64,000 nt of DNA from Trichoplax adhaerens (taxonomy: Eukaryota > Animalia > Placozoa): positions 8,043,555 to 8,107,554 of the forward strand of contig NW_002060946.1 in the NCBI RefSeq assembly GCF_000150275.1. The letters run 5' to 3'. Numbering within the stretch: position 1 is the first letter of the stretch; every line of letters starts with the position of its first letter. Below are positions 52,891 to 64,000 of the stretch, piece after piece. The notes below the pieces were generated by a model that had not been told where the DNA came from, did no database searches, and worked only from the letters and a program-made list of their open reading frames with translations. A program made the position numbers and the translations under genes.

Positions 52891-54410
52891 TGGGCAAGTT
52901 GACACCCACTTTTCCGCTCGATTTCACTCCAATACGCTAGTCAATCCATAGGGCATACTGGTACCTAGGTAGAGGACAGCTGAATGAGTGGGTTGATCAA
53001 CTGCTACTATCGATCTCGATCCAAGACTCAGTCACCGGGAGGGTGGTCGTCGGCCGGCCATCGGTCACATGATGCCAACGTGAGCACGGACTGACAACAG
53101 TATGGACGCCGATGCCTTGTGATACTGATAGAGTAGAGTGTATGATGTTGTCGTTAAGACACCAGTATCCAGTATCGAGTAGGGTACATGCGTTTTGGGC
53201 TTGCGTAGATTGACACATCGCTTGCCTATGACGCTTGTGTCTAAAAATAACTTTTGAGTCATGTCTGTATGAATAAGACTACATCATCACTAGTGATACA
53301 CTACTACTGTTTAGGTATGGTATGGTACAGTTGCTAAGGAGGCGACAGGTGGGCAATACGCAGGCGTGGAATGGCCACCGGTTGGTGTCGATGACTCACA
53401 GACGCACGCTACTGATCGATACAAAAAGCTGTATTTTGTTGTCATCTTGGATACACTCTATAGCGATAGTCCACTTACAAACAAGGCCTGACGTAATCGC
53501 TCGAAAATAGCGCTTGACTTGGCTTGATCTCATAGGTAAACATGGCAATGGCTCATCACTAGTCTGATGTATAGAACGGAGAGCGCGATTTGCGTGGTCA
53601 TCCTGGCAGTTCATGCAGCCGCTATGACTCTCACCTGACCACGGTTGACGCGCAATGTTTCAAACCCGGGGTCAGCCATACGTCACAATGTGATGGTGAC
53701 ACTCGCTCGGTGCTCAATAGACTGTTTAAAACAGTCTATTAAGCCCTATACAATTCCTCTTACTACCATCGCTTGTCTAGAATTGACTGGACAATCTCCA
53801 TCCATTATAGTGGCTACCCTAACCCACACCGCTCACCCTGGTCGTTCACAACCAGGCCAACCGGTCCTTCTACATCTGCTCGTCCATCATGGCTACCCAA
53901 TAGCTGCAGCTAGCCAGCAAGATTAATTGCAATTTAGGCTCTATTTGGCATTGATTTGCAAGGGAGATTATTGGAGATTGTTAACTGTATTCTGTATCTC
54001 TTCGTTATCGTTGATCTTTGTCTCTACGCCACGGTAAACACTAAGAGACATCGTATAGCAGCAGCAGCAGCAATTGTCATTGTTGGTCCATTTCATTTCC
54101 AATCACCTTGGTCCAAGAGAGAAGGAAAAATTCAAACTGCGATACTGTTCCTATGATGGTAAGGCATATCATAAATTGTGTTGTAGTCTGTCATTTTAAG
54201 GCTGCGATGGACGTTGATAACGTAGAGGAGCATCAGTTACGATTAGAAGAGGATTCAATGTGTCATTATTAAGGGATAATTTGGAGGTTGAGATGGACGT
54301 TGAGAAAGGATAATCGCAGAAGCCAAGACGGTAGTGCAAAGTGATGATGAGAGATGCTTTTATCCTACCACAGTATTCTGCTTGCATGGTGATCGAGACA
54401 AGGCTACAGT

Positions 54411-54463
54411 AGGATACATAACGAGGTGATAGAGCAGGATACATAACGACGTGATAGAGCAGG
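54411..54463. repeat. 25-bp tandem duplication
   Basis: aggatacataacga(g/c)gtgatagagc occurs twice, followed by agg. Confidence 0.85.
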
Positions 54464-55387
54464 TAGTAATCGTGTAGTTGAATTCATTTCTCCAAGTTCA
54501 TCCAAAATCAGCCAGCAATGTTGTCTTTACCATCATCGTGTTTACATCAGTCGTATCTACTGGCAGAAGAAAACAACATTGATAGGCAACGTTATGATTG
54601 AATTAGCAGTTATCCTATATGACTTGATGGTAGTTCAAGACTTTGAAGAGAAAATTGGAGAGTCGCAGGGTCGTTCCATCAGATAGGATGATTATGATGG
54701 ACATGACTATCTAGACGGTAGCTTACTTTAATGGGGCAATATCCATACGGAACCAAATTGCAATGATTGGCATCGGAGTGATGCTGATGGACGATGTTGC
54801 TACCTGAATATTGCAGGCTATAGCTTATGCTCATCTACAATCATAGCACCTGGCACAATGATAGGAAGGTTCTAGGTTGTAGTCATGTCCATATGTTTAG
54901 GATTCTTATCGACAGTAGTTTAGAATCATGTACGTCGATGCCATCAAGCTCCAGCTCGTATCGACTTCAACATGGCTACAACATCGATATATACACTTAC
55001 TCTTCCTGTAGAATAATACAATTCCAGCAATGGACTAAACTCCTGTCATAGCGATACTGTCCACTCTTTTATTTCTCGTTCATTCTAGTTTCATATTAAA
55101 ATTGATTTATTTTCTGTTATACCGATCAACATAACTTTCAACATTGGAATATTGACATGGTTTCACATTGCGAAAAGTAAAAGATGTGAAGGGAGCTTTC
55201 TAGATTTGGATTGTGTTCAAATATCAGTACAAGGAGTCGATAAAATGGGTCATCGTAAATCGCAACATGGCTATTAATCGTACATGTCAATGGCATGGTT
55301 AATCCATACTTTCGACACTGAAAATAGCAAGTCGTAGTCGATAGCTAGTCGATGTTTCCCAAGGAATGATAAAAAATCAATTTTCTT

Positions 55388-55825
55388 ATGCAAATTGAAT
55401 AGTGAACAAGGTAGAATAGAAATGGATAAAACTCTCTTGTTCTACAGTATAATCGATGCAAATTGAAAAGTGAACAAGGTAGAATACGAATGGATAAAAT
55501 TCTCTAGTCTCATCATAGCCAAGTTTAAAACGTTTCAAAATACTAAACAGGAAGGCACTTTTGACTAGTCAAGACGTGATCAATTTACTGATGATGATAA
55601 ACATATTGACGATGACTACGATACCGTATACTGTCATGGCGAAATTGTTAATTAATATTGAAAGGATAAAACACTCTACTACTACTACTTTACAGTATAA
55701 TAGCCAAGTTCAAAACGTTTCAAAATACTAAACTGGAAGGCATTTTCTGCTTGTCAAGACGTGATCCATTGGCTAATGATAATGATGGTAAACGTATTGA
55801 CGATGGCTACGAAGCCGTTTACAGT
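55388..55825. repeat. Nested direct repeats
   Basis: atgcaaattgaa.agtgaacaaggtagaata.gaatggataaa occurs at ~55388 and ~55456. atagccaagtt.aaaacgtttcaaaatactaaac.ggaaggca...gtcaagacgtgatc occurs at ~55515 and ~55700. Confidence 0.85.
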
Positions 55826-55899
55826 ACAGTGCGAAACTACTAATTAATTCATTTATATCAGTCGATTAATCACTTTTGTAAACATGGCTCTCATGATCG

Positions 55900-57300
55900 T
55901 CGATAAAGCTGTAGTTTATGTCATGGCAATCAGAGTTAACTTTGTAGCAAGACTATCATAATTGCTGGCAATGATTGTCAACCGTAGTTGCCTAATTTGT
56001 GGATAATGATTACGTTAGGACCGATCATTCTTGCGTCTTGACTCCAATTGAATTTAATCCATTTGTCAACATCGTCTTGATGGCCATTTGAACAACAATA
56101 TTATTATGGAGTTTCTATCCAAATAAACGTAGTAGGCCAACGGTGATATGGAACTACTTACAACGCCAGTCGATAGGAACTGACTAAAGCGATGATGATG
56201 ATGATGATGAACGATGAGAATGGAATGATTAACGGCCAATCTCGCTCATAATCGAATTCATTTTGTACTAAACAAGTTATCCATAGTCATTTTAACAACT
56301 GCTCAAGTTGTTCCTATTGAAACAAACTTTGTAGTAGAACCATTCGACGCCATTACTTAAAATGCTAGTCGATAGAAACGGACAAGTGTGTTAATGATTC
56401 TTCCGATGATTATTTGTGAGAGTACACGATAACTGTAGAGCCATGGCGAGAATTGAATTAATCCAGTTGTAAACATCTTCTGGATGGCCATTTTAACGCC
56501 AGGGTGTGCCAATTGGAACAAACTTTGTAGCAAAATCATAGTATACGTACAACTGCGAAGAATGCCGGTCGATAGAAGCTGATTAATGCTTTGATGAATA
56601 CTGAGAGAAGACGAGGATGGAATGAAGCAATTTTGTAATCATCTTGTGAACTTATGAATGGCCATGATAGCAACAGTTTATGCAGTGCAAATTGCAACAA
56701 ACTTTACAGTAAAATCATTGTGTGTAACTGCTAAGAATGGCAGCCGACAGAAGCTGACTAATGCGCTGATGATTACTGAGAAAGTACAGATAACTAACTG
56801 TAAAACCACAATGAAAATTAATCTATTTGTAAACATCTTCTTAACTTTGTAAATTTATAGCCATTTGAACAACCGTGTGTCCAGTGCTAATTGCAACAAA
56901 CTGTGTGGCAAAATTAGAGTATACGTACAACGGCTAAGAATATCAGTCGATAGAAGCTGACTAATCCGCTGATGATTACTGAGAAAGTACAGATAAAGCC
57001 ACGATGAGAATTAAATTAATCTATGTGTAAACATCTATTTAACTTATTCAATATCAATGGCCATTTTAACAACAGTTTGTGCAGTGCTAATTGCAACAAA
57101 CTTTGTCGTAAAATCATAGTATACGTACAACTGGTAAGAATACCAGTCGATAGAAGCTGACTAATCCGCTGATGAATGCTGAGAGAAGACGAGAATGGAA
57201 TAGAGCAATTTTATAAACGTCTTATTTAAGAGTTATTTGAATAGGAGTTTGTTCAATACGATCGGAACAAATTGGGTAGCAAAGCATAATATGTAACTGC
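55900..57300. repeat. Degenerate tandem array, ~170-200 bp unit, about 7-8 copies
   Basis: Recurring blocks are ggccattt.aacaac, gcaacaaactttgtagcaaaatcatagtatacgtacaact, cagtcgatagaagctgactaat.cgctgatga.tactgaga and aattaatc.atttgtaaacatc. Confidence 0.85.
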
Positions 57301-58470
57301 TTGAAATGCCAATCGCTCCTTTTTATATCCTACGAGATACGCGTATATTAAGGAATAGCTATTTTAACATTATTTAGACTTTTTGGGAGAGTAAAACCGT
57401 AATAACGACTTAGAATAACGATCGATAATTTAATAAATACAGTAATTTCCAGTACAGTCTTGTAGAACTAATTATAAAACAATTAATGGCAGGCAATATC
57501 GTAGCAAATGTTAACGTTGAAGAAGTAACAAATGCAGTCATTATGACTATTGATCAAATCGCTATATTTAATCAGAAGAAGGTCGAGTAATGGTATTTCA
57601 AATCACTACAAAGCCATTGGGATCAAAGCGATTGGTAGTAAAATTATATTTGAAGATAGATTGTTGTATAGGACAGGAGAATGGACATGGATACCTTGAT
57701 TGAAAGTACAGTAAGGTGCAATCGTTCAAGTTCAAAGCATGGAAAGGTTGATAGAAGCTACGGTAAAATGACTGAAAATGATACAAGTATAATGAATAAC
57801 TAAAAGGAAACTACCCTTTACTAATCAGTCTGGATATAATATTCGTTATTGGACAACTTGATCTCTATCGTCCTCTTTTGCTATTGAAAAAAGTAAATAT
57901 GATAAGTAGGATAAATAAGAATATCAACAATAATCTCAGCCCTACATGGGCATGAAATTGTGCTATAAATGGGTATAAAAATCGACAATTTCACATTATC
58001 TGACACGTTCTATCAAGATAATCGTCAGCATCGAAAGCGTTGATCGTTTAACTTCTTCAACAGCAATAGCATTTCCTACACATAACGATTTCATTAATAA
58101 TGATTGAATCATGTTAAGCTTTATCGTACTAAAGCTTTTTGATGTTATGCTATCGTAAGGCATCCAGAATTTGCAAGGGTAGTAGTCTTACATTCTATCT
58201 GCTATCTCATTTTCAATTTCCTCATGACTAACTTTATACAGACATTTTTTATTTCTGATCCTTCTGAGACGAGGCTAGAACAATTTCACAACGTAAATAC
58301 TGTTACGACACTAGAGTAGTATTAATAAGGATATATGCTATGTGACAGAGAATGTTGAGTAGAGCGATAGGATACATTTTGGTAAAAATATCTTGCATAT
58401 ATCAAGACTTCGACAACAAACTCACTTGGTGAATAACTCATCTTTATGCATATCTATTTGTAATGTTTAG

Positions 58471-61400
58471 AATTTAGGAAGGAGAAATAAAGGTGGCAAA
58501 AATAATGCCAAGCAATGGCGCACTGTCCACCTATTTGGTAAAAGTCGTCGCCCGAAAGAATCGGCTGTTGTTATCGATCAAACTGATACGACTGGATATT
58601 TAAGATCACACAGCGGCGTTACTACCAAGACTATTTTAACTGAAGAAAAGTTTCCTGACAATACTATTGTCACTTCTAGGGTAAGACCACCATTGGATCC
58701 ATGTTCACTCATGTTAATATTAGTTTCTTCCAGCTATTTTATCGGATAACGGATTTCAATTGATCATTTTCTTAGTATACTATTTGGAATTTTATACCAA
58801 AAAATCTTTTCGAACAATTTGGCCGAATCGCAAACTTTTACTTTCTTTGCATTGCCGTAGTGCAGGTAAAGCAATTTATTTTATGAAGACTTCTAGTATA
58901 TATTATTTCTTCATTTTAATCCAGTAGATTGGAATCATTCTAATTGCCATGCAGTTATTACTTCTATTCTACTCATCCTAACTCCTATAAACAAATCTTC
59001 TGGTTAGCTTTCATTAAGAAATTCCCCTGTTAGTCCAGTAACCAGCGTAGCACCATTACTCTTCGTCGTTACCATCACTGCTATTAAACAGGTAATTATT
59101 CTAAGTATGGAAATCACAATCCAGTTGTAATTTCTAAGACATTTGGAAAAAATAGAGACTGTATCTTGTAATCATTATAAATATATTTGGTACTATTTCT
59201 GATAAATCTCACCGATAGATAATTGACTTCCTTACACCAAATCAATACTGACTTCTATCGGAATAAAATAACATTCCTCTCAATGTTATTCCTATTTAAT
59301 AGGCCTACGAAGATTGGTTAAGACATAAATCTGATAACAAAGTCAATAATCGATCAATCGAAGTTGTTCGTGATGGCACTCTGAAAGGCGTTCCATCACG
59401 AAATGTTGCTGTAAGCAATCAATCAAAACTAGACGAGAATTGAAATGATGCTAGTGTAAAAACAATGAATGCATTTTTTTTTACAAAAATTAAAGGTGGG
59501 AGATGTAGTTCGAGTTTCTAACGAACAAGAACTACCTTGCGACCTTGTACTCTTATCTTCAAGCGAAGTGGATGGCAGTTGTTACATCATGACCATGAAC
59601 CTCGATGGCGAAACAAATTTAAAGCCACGATTAGCATTATCAGATACTGTAGCATGGCGAAGCTGTGAAGATATAACTTCTTCATCACTCGATATTGATG
59701 TAGACTGCCAACTCCCGACACCTGATCTCTACAAGTAATACATTCTGCCGATTTCGGCACTGACTAATAAATCATCGTTGATCATTATTTTACCCTTTAC
59801 ACTAACTATACTCTTTTCAACTCCTACTTGAAAATAGATTTGATGGCCGCATGAATGTTTATTCCGACTCTTCAACGCCTATGTGTCGGTATGCTAATAA
59901 TAGAATATGTTTTTATCTATCCATTGTAAGAACCAAACATATTGTTATTTGTTCACTTATAATTATTTATCAATTGATTTCAATATAGTTATACGTATAT
60001 ATCTTACTTCCTGTAGATCGCTATGCTCGGATAATTTACTACTACGTGGTGCGCGGTTGCGAAACACTGATTATATTTTTGGAATGGCGGTGTATACGGG
60101 TGTTGATACTAAGGTCAGAAGTGATAGCAATCGAATTAATTTTTTGCTATGAATTTAAAAAGTATGATTCTAGCTTATTACCCTATCTAACACTGGTTCT
60201 CATTAAACAGGTTGCTCTAAACCAACAGCAAAAGAAACACAAATTTTCAGCTGTTGAAAAGTTAGTCGATTCCATAAAACACAAACATTCAAAGTTGATG
60301 TTGCCTAATAAAATAAGCTGATGTAATAATTTATATCATGACACTATTCTAGAGCATTGAATAAATTCTTGGCCGTCTTTATGGTTTTGCTAGTTATTCA
60401 AGTAATATTCTGTGGTATTGCTAGTACTGTATGGCAAAGACTAGAATTGCCAGCATATATGGGCATATCTCGCGCGACAGAAGTGAGCTGAATTATCGAA
60501 TCATTATGGAATGACTACTTTTAAACTAATGCTATGTTTTAAACTTTTTTGTAGGCTTCTGGAATAATCAACATTTTCCTCTCATTTTTAGTCTTATTTA
60601 ATTATATTATACCAATTTCACTTTATGTCACAATTGGTATGTGGTAATTTTACCCTTACATTGAGCGTATTGATAGAATGTATTCAATGTTGAACGTACG
60701 ATAAATTAAAGGAAGATTTCTATCTTCAGAATTACAGAAATTTTTCGGAGCCATGTTTATTGGCTGGGATATAAAAATGTACGATTCGGTAAGCACTTGG
60801 ATAGCCTACGATAGGATGATCACAATCTACTTTTACCTTTCAATAGACCTGGCTCTCTTATAATTTCAAGCTAATTATAATTTAAATCGGATGACTTATT
60901 ATAGAAAATGGATGAAGTTGCAAAAGCAAATACTTCAGATTTAAATGAAGAACTTGGACAGGTATTATTTGCTATAACTATAGTACATGGTATTTAAATT
61001 TCAAAATTAGTTACCGCACATCTACCCAAATTAGTATTATCAGCGTAATCTTGATGTAAAAATTTCCCGCCGACGCACATTCTTGATGCGCTCTTGTCAT
61101 CTATTCCACGCGTATATAGATTGAATACTTGTTTAGCGACAAGACAGGAACTCTAACACAGAATGATATGCAATTTCGGCAGTGTTCAATATATGGAAAA
61201 CGATATAAGGTTAGTTATAACATTAAAGTACACGATTATGTTTAAATTTTTCTTTTATTAAATAATTTTTGATCGCAATTTACACATTGACTAGGAAATT
61301 GATGGCAACTTGCAGCTTTTATTGGATCAAAACTATGAAAGTTTGGAAGATTCATCGGTTAGCAATATATCTTACTACGAGCGGCGTTATAATAAAATAG

Positions 61401-64000
61401 ATATTATTACCCATGGAATCAATTTTATATCCCATTATAGGATTCACTGCAGCAATTTCTCATTGCTCTAGCAGTGTGTCACACTGTCAAAACAGAACAT
61501 GAAGCTTCAACAGATAGTATTGTATATCAGGTAAGAATAATTAAATTTGCTCTAAAATGATACTTGTACATTTGGCAGTCCTATCTTGTACTCCAATAAT
61601 AAATGACCTATTTGACTTGTAGGCTTCATCACCGGATGAAAAAGCTCTCGTTGAAGCCGCTTCAAAGTAATTATTTTATATGATGATTCTCATATGGTTT
61701 AGATATTATGCAAATATCCTGGTGGTAGAAACTGAAAATAATTAAATAAATCCTGACATGTTTATTTCGTTTGTTTGGCAGATTTGGTGTTAGCTTTCGT
61801 GATTGTGTTGATAACGCTCATGTCGTTTTGGTACATGGGAAATTACAAAGGTTTCATTATAAACATCTTTGCTTCTTTAATATATTTTAAATAAGAATCT
61901 GTCATAAAGTGAGTGCTACGCTTCATATTCGTAATGTAGGTTCAAAATTTTACACGTTCTTGAGTTTGATTCTGATCGTAAAAGAATGAGCGTTATCGTC
62001 AAAGATCCATCGGGTAAAATTTATTGCCTTTGTAATAATATACAGAGTACTTTTATTACTTTTATAACAGCTATGTGACAAATTTACTCGCCTTTCTGTA
62101 GGTAATACTATTTTGATTTGCAAGGGCGCTGAATCTTCTGTATTAAGTCGGGCGAAAGATGGCGCTATTACTCACACTAATAACGACGTAAACTATTACG
62201 CAAAGGTTATTAAATAACAATGCTTCATAATGACTGGAAATCATATACTCGTATTGATTAGCTTATTGTAATCGGATGTTCTACCTTAAACAGCATGGAT
62301 TAAGGACCCTTGTTATTGCCTTTCGTCGGTTGTCAGTTGCAGATTATGAAATGATGAATGAAAAGGTGAGAAAATATTATATGATCATCTATAACGTATT
62401 AAATGTATGCATGATGATTTTATTAAATTGAGTCGATTATCTTATGGAATGGAATTTTTTCTATTATTAAACAGCTTCATGAAGCTAAAACCGCTATTGG
62501 CGATAGAGATGCAAAGGTAATGTATTGAAACCTTTAGTAAAGTCAGCTAATGTAAACGCTTATTTCTTGTTAACATTGAAAATATTGAGTATTGTTCATT
62601 ACGATTATATATCATAGCTTGCTAGTGCATATGATTATGTTGAGAGAGATTTAACAATTATTGGAGCAACGGCTGTGGAAGATAAGCTACAGGAATGCGT
62701 TACTGAAACCCTAGAGTCGTTACGCGAAGCTGGAATTAAGGTTTGTCGCACATTACGTTTTACTTTAAAAGTAAATACACGTAAGAGTGATCACTCTGTC
62801 AGATAAAAACTTAATTTAATAAAATGATAACATAATTCGGGTTTACAATTATTTCAGGTGTGGGTTCTGACCGGTGACAAACAGGAAACTGCTGTTAATA
62901 TTAGCCATTCCTGTGGACACTTTAGTGTATGTTTTCTACAATCATCTAAAATTTCATTTTAAATTACCATAGCAACGTACTGGTAATATCTAAACATTTT
63001 CGCTTGAAATATTATAGACTGGCATGGAAATCATGACTGTAAATGCTAACAATAACGTGGAATGCTCGTCACTATTGCAAGATGTCAAAGTCAAGTACGT
63101 CATTATTTCGATAGAATCTATCGAAACTGTTTCGCGGCTAAATTTATTATCTTACATTCCAAATGCAGTCATTAGCTAATGTATTGAGCTCAACTATTTT
63201 AATACATCATGCGTTACTGATCTAATTAACTTACGTGTCTATTTCAATCAGAATTGATGGAAGCCCAGGTGGAACTAAGTTCGCACTTGTTATTAACGGA
63301 ATGAGTCTATCATTTGCGTTGAGCAGTTGTCAAGGTAGGTCATAAGCATATCTTGTTCTACTAATTCTTGATTAGGCATTTGTTAATGGCGTTTTGTTTC
63401 TTCATAGATCTACTGCTTAGTGTTACGAAACATTGCGAAGCTGTATTATGCTGTCGTATGTCACCGCTACAGAAAGCTAAAGTATGAGTTGACTTTAATT
63501 TCTAAATTATGACTCTAGTTCTAGCTTATATAAACAAGTAAATAAGCAGACTAATTTGTGCTTGTAATTTCTAGATTGTACGAATGGTAAAAGAAAATGG
63601 CCATCACCCAACAACGCTTGCTATTGGTGATGGAGCGAACGATTGTAGTATGATCCAGGAAGCTCATGTCGGAGTTGGTATCATGGGTAAAGAAGGCCGT
63701 CAAGCTACGCAATGCAGCGATTATGCAATCGCCAAGTTTAAATACTTAAAGCGTTTATTACTTGTTCATGGTCACTGGTACTATATTCGTATCGCAACCT
63801 TAGTTCAATACTTTTTCTATAAAGTATGTACAAAGCTTGTTCATTCTATTCGTACTTTAATTGCAAATTACCGTCAATGGTAGCGATAGAAATAAATAAT
63901 TACACTTCTATTTCTATCTAATGACAGAACGCCGCGTTCATAACTCCAGAATTTTATTTCGCATTCTTTTCCGGATTTTCAGCGCAGGTAGATCTAACAT
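58471..64000 (+). CDS. ATP11: Phospholipid-translocating P4-ATPase, ATP11 class (3'-truncated; start codon lies in an upstream exon, possibly 54153-54158)
   Basis: Motifs include [11 protein letters not shown]|[69 protein letters not shown], phosphorylation site DKTGTLT (61138), [34 protein letters not shown] and QYFFYK|N. Confidence 0.93.

Noticed and set aside
52997-54444. Several 60-93 aa ORFs on both strands
   Set aside because: Expected by chance in the locally GC-rich promoter/UTR region; none has a recognisable motif or consistent exon structure.
56766-56990. CTGATGA...GAAA within the ~190-bp tandem units, suggestive of hammerhead ribozymes/retrozymes
   Set aside because: There is no credible stem II, no stem III closing on a UH cleavage site and no stem I pairing. 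Other copies lack GAAA (ctgatgaatgctgagagaag). A covariance-model search would settle it.
46635-57300. Repeat arrays considered as CRISPR arrays
   Set aside because: The context is eukaryotic, units are 120-200 bp without a constant repeat/unique spacer pattern, and there are no cas genes.

Overview
This is eukaryotic, AT-rich, gene-dense animal DNA with short GT-AG introns (mostly ~80-300 nt). The style suggests a compact early-branching metazoan genome, most likely a placozoan such as Trichoplax (inference). I can support 13 protein-coding genes, in order: CWC15 (+, 5' end outside the window), TAF6 (-), FAM122/PABIR (-), an intronless FUT8-type alpha-1,6-fucosyltransferase (+), a membrane-anchored EryG-like SAM methyltransferase (-), intronless BPHL (+), the SLC35B3 PAPS transporter (-), a spliced BED-finger hAT transposase gene with its D-D-E triad intact but no visible TIRs (+), NATD1 (-), TUBGCP3 (+), an MGCxxS-anchored ankyrin-repeat protein (-), FAM241 (-) and an ATP11-class P4-ATPase (+, runs off the 3' end). 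Non-coding DNA holds a 159-bp foldback MITE with CAGGG termini, palindromic TACTGTACAGTA arrays between divergent genes, and several degenerate tandem repeats. The most notable observations are the apparently domesticated hAT gene, a FUT8 C-terminus and stop codon that match a local repeat, the microbial-type methyltransferase within a possible glycan-modification neighbourhood, an obligatory 11-nt microexon in CWC15, and linkages shared with human (TUBGCP3-ATP11, BPHL-SLC35B3). All exon models were derived by eye and family calls rest on recalled motifs; no searches were run. No rRNA, tRNA or CRISPR features were recognised.
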